64,000 nucleotides of DNA from Octopus vulgaris (lineage: Eukaryota). The translations under genes were made by a program, and so were the position numbers. Every line of letters starts with the position of its first letter. Within the stretch, counting starts at the first letter, position 1. The notes beneath the pieces are model-generated. The model saw only the letters and a program-made list of their open reading frames with translations, had not been told where the DNA came from and did not search any database. The stretch is taken from assembly GCA_951406725.2 (NCBI GenBank), contig OX597819.1, positions 104,842,001 through 104,906,000 on the forward strand, written 5' to 3'. Positions 14,045-28,624 of the stretch are shown one piece after another.

Positions 14045-15780
14045 ACCACTACCACTACTACAACCAATACATACGCTACCAAACCAACACAGCCACCACC
14101 AACACCACCGCCACCAGTAACAATAGGATCACTATCACTATCAATATCAGTATCATCATTACCACCACCGCCACTACAACAACCAGCAACAGCACTACTA
14201 CCACCACAACCACAACCATCACCACTTCAGTCATCATCTGTAATAACACAGCCACCGATACCGCCACCACCAGGAATAACACTACCGCCAGTGCCACGGC
14301 TGCCACCTCCACAATTGACACAACCACCACCAACTATACCATCACTAAAACCACCACCACTACGACCACAACCATCCCTATCTCAACCATCATCTATAGC
14401 AACACAGCCACCGATACCGCCACCACTAGGAACACTACTACCACTATTTTTTGTTTACCTTGGACTACACTGTCTAAAGTGCCCTTTCTTTTGAAGATGG
14501 GCTGTGTGATTTGGGGGGGATTTAGCTGCTATTACCAACAGGTTAAGCGGCCACGTAGAAACTCGTGGCTGTGGTTTTATTGCAGGTGCTGGTGCTGGTA
14601 TTGGGGCCTAAACTGGTGGTCACCTCCACCATTGACACAGCCATCACCAACTATACCATCACTACAACCACCACCACCACCACTACCACAGCTAATAACA
14701 ACACTATCACCACCTCCATCGCAACCAGCAATGAAAGTATCATCGATAACACCGCCATCACCACCACTACCAAATTCATCCATTACCACCAACAACAACA
14801 GAAATGGAGGTGCAATGGCCCAGTGGTTAGGGCAGCGGACTCACGGTCGTAAGAACGCGGTTTCGATTCCCAGACCAGGCATTGTGAGTGTTTATTGAGC
14901 AAAAACACCTAAGCTCCACAAGGCTCCAGCGGTGTGGGGTGAAACCCGCTGTACTCTTTCACCATAACTTTTTCTCACTTTTTCTTCCTACTTCTGCCAC
15001 AAAGCAGAGGAACCATGGTGTAACCCACTATGGTGTGGTAAAGTTTCAGGTCCTAGTCTAGATTGCGAATCCTCTGTACCTCAGGATGGTTCAGCTCTCC
15101 ACATGTTAAAAGCCACCGTTTACGGAATGAGGATAACAATGTAGCTTTCGCGTCCGTGCAACCGCCAGTCTATCGCGTGTGGTGAGTGGATCTTCAAGTT
15201 GCCACACGCATTCTTAGTAGCTTAGAGTAGGCTCAAATTAGAGATTATTCTTTGTAGCTAATGGCGTGAGTTCTGATTGGAAGAAGAAGAAGAAGAAGAA
15301 GAAGAAGAAGAAGAAGAAGAAGAAGAAGAAGAAGAAGAAGAAGAAGAAGAAGAAGAAGAAGACGACAACAGAACCACTACCTGCACCAATACTTCCACCA
15401 ACTACACTGTCACTACCATAGCTGTCACCACCAACACCTACGCCATCGCACTACCACCACCAATGTTACCGCCGTCACCACCACCACTACCATTATCAAT
15501 ACGACCGCCACTAATACCACCAACCTGACCGCAAACACTACCAGCAACACTAACATCAACATCACCATGAACACCGCCACCATTTACACTTTCACAACAA
15601 CCACTACCACCAACATGAATACAACCACTACCAATACTATTGCAACCACTCCACCATTAACACTACTGCCACGAACACTACTCCAACGACCAATACTATC
15701 ATCAGCACAACTACTCTGACCACCAGTTTAGCCACCAACACCAACACCTGCAATAAAACTACTACAACTACTACAGCCCA
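14045..15780. repeat. Degenerate (CAC/CAA/CTA)n low-complexity tract with (GAA)n and an inserted tRNA-derived SINE (~14805-14990)
   Basis: Trinucleotide composition; SINE head tggcccagtggttagggc...ggtttcgattccc. Confidence 0.75.
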
Positions 15781-16049
15781 TCTTAATAGTAATAACAGCT
15801 AAGTCTCACCCAGATCACACAGTACATCTTCAAAAAGAAAGAACACTTTGAACAGTGTAGTCCAAGGTAAACAAAAAGACAGGGCGATGATAGTTGGAAT
15901 GCCTTTCGTTGTAGTTCTGCACATTCAGGGTTGATCTAGGGTTTAAACAACAACAGCAAGAACATCACTACTCAAAACCCTGCGTAGATATGTTTAGAGC
16001 AACCACAGGCTCCAAATTTGGACAACAGAAAGAGCAACAACTGTGTACA

Positions 16050-17900
16050 GCATTACATTAAATCTGTCATAGAGTATTCCAGTCATAGCTAGGGGTTAAT
16101 CACTCTTCAACAACTCACAATGAACCTGAGAGGACACGAAACAACGTTTTCCGTATCATAAAAGGTTCTATGCAGACTACATACGCGGATCACCACAAAC
16201 CACTTAGGCAATAAAACTATGGTACTAAAAATAAATGAAAAACCACCTGGACTGCTGAGGAAGATACAGTTTGTTCTCGTAGCAAGCTTTAACTTATACA
16301 CTATGCCACTGCATGAAAAAATGATTTCTAAATACTCAGACAAATATACAATACCCAGGGTACTACTACTACATCTTAAAAGCACGGTCTCTCCCACTCA
16401 GTCCGGACAAACATAAAAAATACATACACGCAGAAATAATTGTAATGTCAATAGCTTCACTGGGCCCTAAACATCATGCTAGAGTGCACACCGCCAAATA
16501 TAAGTACAGAGGAGCAGAAGTGTCACATGCTGTCTAAATCCACCTTGCCTGCCTCCATTTTGGCAACTACTCAAAATATATGGTGAACAAGCATTGGCTG
16601 AATAATGAAAATAATACAGACTATCTAGACTATCACACTTATAACCCATGCGAATCATCTCTACATATTAAAATGTGCAGTGTGGGCCTCGGTTACATGG
16701 TGATATGATAAAACTGGAAAGCTGAGTCTATGGATCACACCTTGTTGTTCCGTTGCCTAGCTATGTGCCAAAGGACTGCTCGATTAGGGCTCACCTGAGG
16801 GCTACACGACAACAAGAGTAGTAACATTTCCACCACTATCATGATAGTCCTCAGACACACTCCAACCAACATCACCAACACTACCACTAGCCTTAACATT
16901 AATAGGTACTTCTCCGGATCTCTGGTCAAGCAGACCTATCCGTGAGCATTGTCGCCAGTCGACTTTTTGTGAGATGAGTAAACAGTGGCGAAACCATTCT
17001 CCAAGCATCCTTTCAGTTCCTGAATGCTGTTGTGTACGTAGGAGAAATCTGATTACCGCTCAAGTCCACTATATATGTTCCAAAAGTGAAACAGTTATCT
17101 AGGGTTAATCAGAGAAACCCCAAACATCCACGATTAGCTTAACTGCCTGTAGTATGTATCCACACCCAGTTGTGGTCCCCGGCCTGCAGTCAAATATTCA
17201 GAGTAGACCCATTCATCCAAATCATATTCACAATGGCCGACTTCCTTCCAGTTTATTTACTGGAACGCAATACTTTCCTCATCGCCCCCATTACCTTCTG
17301 AAAAAGTACTCGAAATAGTTGAATAGACATTAGCAGAAAGTGAAACACATTGTCGTTAGTAAGTTCAATTTAGGCCACTACGTTATCTCACTATAGCCAC
17401 CACATGACTATCTTCTTTGCTAAAACAAGTCAGAAGAAATATCTTCGCGATGGACTTGGCTGGTAGAAGAATCTGAGCAGCGCACACTACAGCAGTGTTT
17501 GAGAACTAGACGAGTGCTTGGAGAATGATTTCGCCTCTATGCATGCATTTTGCATAGGGTCAACTGGAGATGACGTTCTCTAGCAGGGATGTCAGATCAG
17601 AGATCTCGAGACTTATCCATAGTTGCTGTGCCAATGTCCTGTGGAGTGGATTTTCTATGGGATATTTATCGACAACCAAGGTGTTCCCCGGAACTTCATT
17701 ACTTATGCCCACTACAAATTCTTCATAAGCTTCAAGATTTGACAATGTCCTACCGGCCGTATTTCCGACTGGCGGAGAACTGGAGACACCTGACAACATT
17801 CCAGAACCCATGTGCTCAATCTCAGTCTATGCATGACCCGTGACTGCAGCTCTGTCAAAGAGATAAGTACACCTGACAAAAGGCGACACATCTGATCTCC
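16050..17900 (-). mobile_element. Possible highly decayed DIRS-like retroelement RT/RNase H remnant
   Basis: Fragmentary motifs RVLFQKVM..LR, Y.LDEW (~17215), LGF.IN (~17110), ENV...LSR (~16140); many stops and frameshifts. Confidence 0.35.
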
Positions 17901-18375
17901 ATCTAGGATTTTCTGCAAATTTTACAGCCTCAGGGCATACCTATGCATCATTAGGCATCTCATACCATGCAGAAGATATCAGCAGCAGGTGACAGTCTGA
18001 CCAACGAAACCCGTCCCTTTCATAAAGAACAAAAAAGTAAAAACTCTAATCTGCTCAGATGTGATCTCTTTACCCAAGGAATTTGTATTTTTCATCCATC
18101 AAACAAAATGAAATTTCACGATTTATAGTCATTGTATTTACATCTGTAACTATCTTAGTTATACATCCGTAACGTGTATTTTTCTTTTCCCACGTCCTCC
18201 TTTATAATCTTTACCTCCGTCTACCACTCTCCTTCCCTTACCCTTTCATCCTCTGTTTCTTTCGAATTTCTCTTTCACCTGTAAAGTGCCTTACTATCTC
18301 TAAACCTTTTCTGTATTCATGTTTCAAAGGCATTTCATGTCCCCTGTCCCCTTTTTAACTCTTTTCCTATTTCCT

Positions 18376-18437
<62 letters not shown>

Positions 18438-18752
18438 ACTCTCCTATCACATTGATGTCAAACAACGATATACGTAATCCCTGTGCTAACTTTCGCCTTC
18501 ACCTTCCTCTTATTTCCTTTCTATTTCCTTTCTCTTTCCTCGCGTTTTTCTATTTTCTTGCTTTTGCTTATCTGTTTTCTTTTGTTTTATTATTACTTCC
18601 TTGTTATTTTCGTTCTTTTTCTCTTACAATTAAGAATTATTTTTATAGACAAGTTTTACTCTATTTCAGTATTCTCCACACTTCCTATCTAATAGTTATT
18701 TCAAACCTTAATCCTGTTTATTTTTGTACACAAATATATATATACATGCATA

Positions 18753-18849
<97 letters not shown>

Positions 18850-19180
18850 TACAAACATACACACACATACAAACACACACACACACACATACACAAACAC
18901 ACACACATATAACCAGGCGCAGCTATAGGCGCAGTGTGCCTCACTGGTGCAAAGTGTTTCATGGACGCAGAGGTGGCTTGTAGACGCAAGCGTGTCTCAT
19001 AGGCAAATGCGTGGTGTGTCATAGGCGCAGGTGTAGATTTGTGGTAAGAAATTTGCTTTTTAGCCACTTGGTTCTGGGTTCAGTCCCACGTAATTGAACT
19101 GAACATAGATAGATAGAGAGAGAGAGAGAGAGATTTTTCTTACGAAACATATTGACCACATAGAAGTGCTGAGGTCGCAC

Positions 19181-19516
19181 TTCAGCACTTCTATGAGAGC
19201 TCAAAATCTCTCGTGGAAGCGTCATCCAACCAAAATGCAAATATATGGGAAACTACCACCTGTGTCATCTCTTGTGAAAGGTAGGAGAGTCCAGTTTGCT
19301 GGACATTGTTGTAGAGCTGAAAACGAGGCAATTTCTACTCTTCTCCTCTGGAAGCCATCTACTCGCGATACCAGAGGGCGCACACTCTCCTACCCTGATG
19401 TAATCTCCAGGGATACAGGCATCCAGCAACAGGACCTCCGTAATGCTATGATGGACCGTGGAGTCTGGCGTAGCATGGTAAATTCCATTGTCTCGACCAC
19501 GGTCGAACAATGATGA
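19181..19516 (+). mobile_element. 5'-truncated RTE-clade LINE 3' end
   Basis: QFAGHCCRA..LLLWKP..RGR..AMMDRGVWR motif, (TGA)n tail, imperfect 14-bp TSD tgctgaggtcgcac / tgctgaagtcgaac. Confidence 0.8.
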
Positions 19517-19779
19517 TGCTGAAGTCGAACCTGAGACATTAGATAAGTATAATAAATAAAATGGAAAAGTTCAAATTAGGCAAACTACAATGAACACATA
19601 TGTGTACGGATTTAATTAAGCTAAAAATTGCCCAAAATAAAACATATATTGATATATTAAAAATATAGAAATATTTGAATATTAAAAGTATATTCGAACA
19701 TATAAACATATGATATATAAACATAATAATAATATAATGAAGTATAGGAATATAGATAAAAACGTTTTTAAAAATGAAT

Positions 19780-20950
19780 TAGAAATATGATGAAAAGAAA
19801 ATAATAAGCATCAAAAAAGTTTTGGATTACATATTAAGAGAAAATATCCTAACGGCCGTTTCTGGGGTCCATTCGTCCGAGTAAAAAATGAACCTTAAAA
19901 TCCATTTTCAGAGAATATCTCCCTCATCAGGCAAAAGTGATATCTACAGCAGACATTCATTTAGTTCGTTGCCAGGGTAGATATAGGTATGCAAATAATG
20001 GAAGTCTTTACTGTCTTTATTAAAATTTATGTTTATATTGGCAATATAGTATTACAGGCAATAGGATGTTAAGTTGTGCGGCGGAAATTACTAAGGCTAT
20101 TGTTGGGTATATTGAGTACATGTGTGTGTGTGTGTAATAAGCACAAACAAGAAATTAAATTTTCCAGATGTAACATAAAGAAATGCAAGCAAACACCATC
20201 TTTCGAGGAAACCAAAAATTAGAGAGAGGATGGTGATATGCAGACAGACAGACCTGGCCACAATTATAAAAAAACAGCAGAGATAATATGATCAAACGCA
20301 TACCTAATCAGACAAAGAAGTATTAAATAAAATAGTTCATATTTCAACAGATCTCTCAACGCGAAATATATAGAACAACCCACAGCAAAAAATATAGAAA
20401 ATTAATATGCAACATAATAGTAACTAAGTATATAACAAGGAACTTCGAACGTTTGCTAAGTATAAACTTTTCCACTTCACAGATATAATATTTTAATAGA
20501 ATTTCAGCTAAAGTTTACAGCTCTTTGGGGAATATAGGATACACAAATTTTTACAGTAATCAAAAACCTACAAACAGTACACAACTAGCTCAATCTGAAT
20601 GCAACTCTGGAAATATAACAAATTACGAACCGAAAGGGATTGTAGGTAAAGCTGGCACAAATTCAATAGAGATGGCACAGAGAAGACATACATCAGGTTA
20701 ATTGGAAACACATTTAAAAACCTGACACACGCAACATATCTCCTCGATAAACTATAAGAGTAAAAACAATTCCGCTTCAGTATCAAACTATATTCGGTAC
20801 TTAAAAGTCAGGAAAGAAAAAAAAACCCTCCGTAAAATAAAGCATTGCTGGAAAATCAAATCTATGCAACAGTCCTGATAATAATTTTATGTGCAAATGA
20901 GAGACTCGAAATATTGATTCTGCCAACACCTTTAATATGAGAAGGAATTT
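19780..20950. mobile_element. Decayed Penelope-like element: GIY-YIG endonuclease remnant (+) and hammerhead-like motif (-)
   Basis: GIV.KA...EKTYI.L.GNTFK...H-like reading at ~20630-20750; minus-strand CTGATGA (19924-19930) ... GAAACGGCCGTT (19791-19802). Confidence 0.45.
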
Positions 20951-21041
20951 TTTTTTTCTCTTTTTACACATAAAAATTTTGAAGTTTAGTCTTTCAAATA
21001 CATATCTTTGTGCCAGTCAGTTGAAAATATATAATTGAAAT

Positions 21042-21623
21042 AAGGCGGCGAGCTGGCAGAAACGTTAGCACGCCGGACGAAATGCTTAGCGGTATTTCGT
21101 CTGCCGCTACGTTCTGAGTTCAAATTCCGCCGAGGTCGACTTTGCCTTTCATCCTTTCGGGGTCGATTAAATAAGTACCAGTTACGCACTGGGGTCGATA
21201 TAATCGACTTAATCTGTTTGTCTATCCTTGTTTGTCCTCTCTGTGTTTAGCCCCTTGTGGGTAGTAAAGAAATAGGTATTTCGTCTGCCACTACATTCTG
21301 AGTTCAAATTCCGCCGAAGTCGACTTTGCCTTTCATCCCTTCGGGGTCGATTAAATAAGTACCAGTTACGCACTGGGATCGATATAATCGACTTAATCCG
21401 TTTGTTAGTCCTTGTTTGTCCTCTCTGTGTTTAGCCCCTTGTGGGTAGTAAAGAAATAGGTATTTCGTCTGTCTTTATGTTCTGAGTTCAAATTCCGCTG
21501 AGGTCGACTTTGCCTTTTATCTTTTCGGAGCCGATAAATTAAGTACTAGTTGCATACTGGGGTTAATCTAATCGACAGGCCCCCTCCTCAAAAGTTTCGG
21601 GCCTTATGCCCAGAGTAGAAAAG
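21042..21623 (+). mobile_element. Multimeric SINE (3 tandem units), same family as 10856-11841
   Basis: Same head, units and final tail; perfect 16-bp TSD aatatataattgaaat at 21026-21041 and 21624-21639. Confidence 0.9.
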
Positions 21624-21803
21624 AATATATAATTGAAATTTGGAATTAGGATTGCAAAAGTTAGAAGCACAATTTAAGTCTGGATTATGAGAAATTTCAG
21701 TCAATGACACTTTGCGTTGCCTTTCCTGAAAAAAGTTGTTCCATGAACAATTTCTTCTGAAAGCTTATAGATGTTTATCGTAAAGTTTCGCCCTTGTAAC
21801 TAT

Positions 21804-21880
<77 letters not shown>

Positions 21881-22180
21881 GTGAGAGTGAGAGATAGAAT
21901 AATTGAAAATATTCAGAACACTCGTGTATAAGCACATAGATATTTATATATTTACAAAATTAATTTACAAGGAATGCTAAACTTATGGAAAATTAAAGGG
22001 AGAAGGCATATTTCAAGTCTGACAGCTGATTCGGGGGGGGGGGGTACGTAATAGCTGTAATGTTCTCCTGTGATGAAACAACAGCTAATAGTTGTTGTCT
22101 CGTCACAGGAGAACAGTTGTATATATACACAGATAGATAGGCGCAGGAGTGGCTCTGTGGTAAGTAGTGTGCTTACCAAC

Positions 22181-22238
<58 letters not shown>

Positions 22239-22798
22239 AAATGGGACAAGAACGCAAAACATCCGGACAGTTAGGTGATACAAAAATGGGACAACAAAAC
22301 ATCCAGACAGACGATACAAAGAAAACAGAGACGGGTCATTCAAAGTTTTCTTTTCTCAGTCAAGTACCAGATTATCTTCGCAATTTCGTCTGATTATACT
22401 TGAGATTGCTCCGATCTGGCCAGCCCCAAGGAAAAACTAAGCTAAGAGCATTAGACTCCTTGGAAGAAAGCAGCAAATGTATACAAAAACAAGGACGGAA
22501 GAAAACAGTGTTACACAAATACAATAAAAATAACAGGACATAACAACAGGTGTCTTTCGACTATACGTGTGCGTGTGTGTGTGTGTATGCATATGTTTGT
22601 GTCTGTGTTTGTCACTACCACCATCGCTTGACAACCGACGTTGGTGTTTACGTCCCCATAACTTAGCGGATAGAATAAGTACTCAGCTTACAAAGAATAT
22701 GTCCTGAGGTCGCTTTGTTCGACTAAAGGCAGTTCTTTAGCATGGCCGCAGTCAAATAACTGAAACAAATAAAAAGAAAAAAAGAAAAAAGATAGATT

Positions 22799-22849
<51 letters not shown>

Positions 22850-24167
22850 GTGTAATTGGTGTCTTTGTGCGTGCGAGTGTGTATCTATGTATTCTTATTG
22901 CGTGTGCTTAAATGTGTTGGCATAAGTACATGTTTGACAATTTAAAGAAACCAGTGACTATATTATATCTATGTTCATATAAACGGATAGTTAAATGGTG
23001 GCGACGGGGCTGACGTTGATAATATCACAGAGAGTTAATTGTGTTGGTGTTAGTAAAAATTGTGATGGTGCAAGTGGTATTAATAGTGGTGGTGATAATA
23101 GTATTGGAAGGAGTGGTAGTAGTAGTTTGGTAGAAAGAATTGGAAGGAGTTGTGGTGGTAGTGCCGATAGTGCTTCTGATGGTTTGATGGCAATGGTGAT
23201 GGTGATGGTGATTGTCTTGCATGTGGTTACGATGTTGATGCCGAAAACAAATATGGTGGTGGTGGTGCTGGTGCTGGTGGTGGAGATAGTGGTTGACTGA
23301 GGTGGAAGTGATGAAGATGTTGGTGGTGATGTTGATCGTGATGGATTTACGACGTTGAGGATGATGATAACTTCTCGTTACTTCTAGAGATGTTTGAATT
23401 ACAATTGATTGTGGTTATAGTAATTGTGAAAGTGACGGCGACGGCGGCTGTGATAGTTGTGGTGGTGGTGGTGGTGGTGGTCGTGGTCGTCGTCGTCGTC
23501 GTGATGGTCTCGTTGAAGGTAGCTGAGACGGTGGTAGTATGGTAACACTGACGATGTTGTCGATTGTGGTATTGAAGGTGTTCGTATCGCCGGTAGCGAC
23601 GGCAGCGATGGCGGCAATGGCAGCGATGGCAGCAATGGCAGCGATGGCAGCAATGATGGTATAACGACGGTAGCGAACGGCAGACAGCAATGTCGATGGC
23701 GATATCGTTGTTATATCGAACGGCCATCTTGTTCAACCACCACCACCATCATACCGCCAGCATAAGCTAAGCTAGATAACCAAAGATTGTCAGTTAGTAA
23801 AGCTGGATGCCATCAAACAGGCACCACATTTACTATAGTGACAGCCATACAATCTACAACAGACTTTACCGAAAAGCTCTGATAAGGACAGTTTCAAGTC
23901 AGAGGAATTTGGCATGGATTTGCCACTTGGGGAATGGATTGTGACTTGAGTGGGTCGGATAGGGGAACCGGTCGGGGGTTCTTTTGTAATTTTATGTTTA
24001 GTTTCAGGGTTTTCTTGTTGTTCATTGTTATTTCTTTGCTTTTCTTGTGAATTTTGTTGGTTTTTTTTTTCCTTGGCGGTTTTTTTTTTCCTTTATCTAT
24101 TCCTCTGGCCATAAATATGGTATTCAAAATTACCATTAGTATCTCACTTCGATATATTCTCTGTCTT

Positions 24168-24211
<44 letters not shown>

Positions 24212-24263
24212 TGTGTGTCTGCGCACAAACACACATTCACACACACACACACACATCTGTATG

Positions 24264-24323
<60 letters not shown>

Positions 24324-24594
24324 TGTATATGTGTGTGCATACACATACGCATATATATATATATATATGCATGGTAACACGTATATGCGTACGCAAATTA
24401 TAAACGCACACGCACGCACATACACATATGTATGTATGTATAAATATATAAATGCACACACTATATATATGTGTGTATATACATATATGCATCGGCATCT
24501 CTAATTCCACACTCGGCTTTTTTTCTCTCTTGTCTCTCTCTTTCTCTCTCGCTTTCTCTCTCCCTCTCTCTATCTCTCCCTCTCTCTCACTCCC

Positions 24595-24682
<88 letters not shown>

Positions 24683-25266
24683 ACACTACATATGTTTACC
24701 CTATCTATATTTATATCTCCATCAATTTCTTTCTGTCATCTCTTCCATGAGCAATTTATTTGGCCCACCCACCAATATTTACCTCACACTTGTCTCACAC
24801 AGTCTCTCTCTCTCTCTCTCCATCTCTCTCCTTCTCTCTCTCTCCATCTCTCTCCTTCTCTCTCTCTCTCTCTCACACACACACTATCAGACACACACAC
24901 TCTCTCTCTCACGCACAAATAAACACTGCATATAGCTTCCTCTCCATTTCTTCTTGTCTCTTATAGGTCAGTTTAAGAAACTTGACAACGAACAGTGGCA
25001 ATAACAACAACTGCAGCTACAACAGCAACAACAACAACAACAATATTAGCAACAATAATAAGCATTATCTTTTGTAACGGCGTCACGAATGAAAATACTA
25101 TCATCTTTTTTTTTTTTTGAGAAATAGCTTACAACAACAATTGAAGTCACAAAATAAAAACAATAAAAATAAATGGCATTAGAATATTTTACAACGAGGA
25201 TAACAACACAACACCATAAGCAGAAACAACAACAGCATTGACTATATACATATATATATAAATATG

Positions 25267-25336
<70 letters not shown>

Positions 25337-25607
25337 ATTTGAAAGTCTTTGTGACAATTACTTAATACAGTTTTTAAGTATAAAGGAGGTATTTCAAAAA
25401 TGTATTTTTTTTTTTAAATGTTATAAAATCTTTTATCGGGATGTTACTAACCTGTTTGGATGAAGGGTTTTTTTTTTCTAGTTGTATGTGACCACTTTCG
25501 ATTAATCTTTTCAAGCACACGTGCTCTTGGTTTTATGTGTGTGTGTGTGCGTGCCCGCGCGCGCGCGTGTGTGTGTGTGTGTACATATGTATATATACAT
25601 ATATATG

Positions 25608-25682
<75 letters not shown>

Positions 25683-25687
<5 letters not shown>

Positions 25688-25848
25688 ATCCAAACAAGAA
25701 AACAAAAACAAAAAAACAACAACGCAAGGACGTGGAACAAATAAAGTATTATTGGACGCTCAGGAAAGAAGGGAAGAGAAGGAGGGTTTGACGTTTCGAG
25801 CGGAGCTCTTCGTCGGAAACATAGGAGAAGGAAAGATCCCGAGAAGTA
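25683..25848 (-). mobile_element. Short (TA)n-flanked repeat with minimal hammerhead, copy 1
   Basis: Homologous to 26330-26526; hammerhead motif at 25786-25820. Confidence 0.7.
25786..25820 (-). ncRNA. Predicted minimal type I hammerhead ribozyme (U4C variant)
   Basis: Minus strand: GUUU-CCGACGA-a-GAGC ucc GCUC-GAAA-CG-UC|AAAC. Confidence 0.6.
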
Positions 25849-26268
25849 AGGTAGAATCTTATAAGATTCTACCTTACTTTTTATTAGAAGCTCTGAGTCC
25901 AATGAAGATAGCATTAGCTCTTTAAAGTCGTTCAATTTTTCTCAGTCGATCAATGGACCCATTGAGCAAAGCGATCAAAGAAGGAACCTCCAATAACAAT
26001 TGACGCAGCTGTAAGTCGAATTTGCAACAATTAAAGAATATGTAAAGATCAATATTTATACCTTGTCTTGTGTATGACGCTGTGTAGTAGACCAGTCTAA
26101 CTGGATTTACAATGCAAAATGGTGATAAACTATAATCTCTAACTCTGCCACAAGAATATGCGTAGTTCTTTACTAATCCCCCAAATTTTGTTAACTTGGT
26201 GTATTTGTATTAACAGACAACTTATAAAGTAATTTGTCCGGATTAATAATCCCTTTTAATAATTCCTC

Positions 26269-26329
<61 letters not shown>

Positions 26330-26334
<5 letters not shown>

Positions 26335-26526
26335 ATCCAAGCAAGAAAGCACACAAAAAAACACAACGCGAGGACGTGGAACAAATATAGTATTATTGGA
26401 CGCTCAGGAAAGAAGGAGGGTTTAACGTTTCGAGCGGAGCTCTTCTTCGGAAACATAGGAGAAGGAAAGATCCAGAGAAAGGAAGACAGAGGGAAAAAAA
26501 TCGCCAACGGTACACACGTGGTCATA
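26330..26526 (-). mobile_element. Short (TA)n-flanked repeat with minimal hammerhead, copy 2
   Basis: Hammerhead motif at 26420-26454: GUUU-CCGAAGA-a-GAGC ucc GCUC-GAAA-CG-UU|AAAC. Confidence 0.7.
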
Positions 26527-28544
26527 AGAACAGATGAATAATAGTTCGTTCACTACAGTTGTTTCCAACGAATTTTTTATAATTGATAAACAGAGATATT
26601 ACATCATGTGAAAAAAAAAAACGTTTTCATCAGGTGATATACACGAATTGCATATTTAAAAATCCCAAAAGTCACCAGTCTGTAGCACAGGCGTGCAGAA
26701 GAGTGTAGGTCCTTAACAGGACTCCAAAACCTTGTTCGTGCTGCTCAAGAGAATAGTCAAGCGATGGCATTGCTCAAAATTGAGTTGCAGCCGTTATGTG
26801 TGTATGTATGTATGAGTGTATGTATGTATATTTGTAGTATATTTGTACGTATGTATGTATGTAAGTATTATGTATGTGTATGTATGCATGCATATACGTA
26901 TGTGTTTGTATATATGTATGTGTGTATGTATGTATGGGTGTGAATGTATGTGTGTATGTATGTATGCAAGCATGCATGCACATATGTATGTGTGTGTATG
27001 TATGAGTGTATGTATGTATATATGTACGCATGTATATATGTGTACGTATGTGTACGTATGCATGCATATATGTATGTGTGTGTATGTATGTGTGTATGTA
27101 TATATGTATGTAAGTATGAGTGTATGTATGTCTGTATATATGCATGTGTGTGCGTATGTGTGTATGTATGTATGTATATATGTATGTATGTATGTATGTG
27201 TGTATGTATGTATGTATGTATGTATGTATGTATGTATGTATGTATGTATGTATGTATGTATGCATATGCATGTGGAAAGAGAAAGAGTGAGGAGAACAGA
27301 AAGCCCAAAAAGTAATAAACAAGAAGACAAGATAGTTTCACAATCAAAATTATTATTTTGTCGCTCGGAGAAGAGGAAAATGTTAATTTAGACGTTTCGA
27401 ACATAGTCATTCTTCAAAGTATAGGTGGAAACTGGAGCAAGGAAAATTTGTATATGTGCATTTTATCATTGATAATGTTTGTATGCATATTCATAGATGC
27501 ATGTGTACTTTGTAGAAGCACAATATGTACAGTTATATTTACGTGTTTGAATGTGAGAATGCATATTTGCATTTGAATGCATATTCGCAAATATGTTCGT
27601 GGATATGTGTGAGCAAAGCTGTGTGTGCATGAGTCATATATTGGGATAGCGAAGTGGTCGTCGTCAACATTGACTTCATCGTTTGTGTGCAAGTGTGTGC
27701 GCGCGCGCGAGCGTTTGTGTGTGTGTGCGTGTGTGTGTGTGTGTGAAATTATGACCTTATAGACATACATGTATAACTTCATATGCTGCTTTATATTATC
27801 ATATGTGACTGTATGTGTGCGTGTGCGTGTAGGTGTGTCTGTGTTCAGAAGCGCTCCAGCCACGACAATCCCAACTTTTGTATATGATTGACTGATTTAA
27901 TGTATTTTAATGAAGTAGTGTTTAATTTGAGGGACATTTGACTGATGTTTCTGACAGGTCTAGCGACCGCCTGGTTGATCTTTCCCTGTATGTCATTGAT
28001 GTATATATATTTGTGTGTGTGTGTGTGTGTGTGTGTGCTATGTGGTATTTGTGGTATTATGTGTATGTATTTGCTTATATATGTGTTCGTGGGCATGTGA
28101 GTGCATATTTTAATATTTATATATGCATATATATAGTATATATATATATGCTTTTGTATCTGTGTAGGGACATATGTGTGTATGTGTATATGTTTTTGTG
28201 CATTTGTGCCACTCCGTGTGTGTATATATGAAAGTATATATATTCATTGATATATGTATGCATAAGCATATGTATGTATACTGATATGTATGGCCGTAAG
28301 GATGCTTGCATATGTATGTGTATATATATGTGTGCATGTATGATATGTTTGTGTGCATGTATGTGTGTGTATGCATAGATATTTATATTAGTGCATGTCC
28401 GTATGTGGTGGGTATGTATAAGTGTGTGTGTGTGTAAATGTGTGCTTATAGATATGTATATTAGTGTAAGCATATTCAGAGATGTTTGTGAATGCGGGTG
28501 TGTTTCTGTGTACGTAAGAGACCATATATGTATGTGTGTGTGTG

Positions 28545-28624
<80 letters not shown>

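Noticed and set aside
14805-14880. tRNA-like sequences here and at ~41195
   Set aside because: Box A/B present but no complete cloverleaf, and they continue into SINE bodies.
22236-22562. TA-flanked insert inside a SINE, possible further ribozyme element
   Set aside because: Has a stem plus GAAA on the minus strand but no recognisable core; treated as an unclassified repeat.
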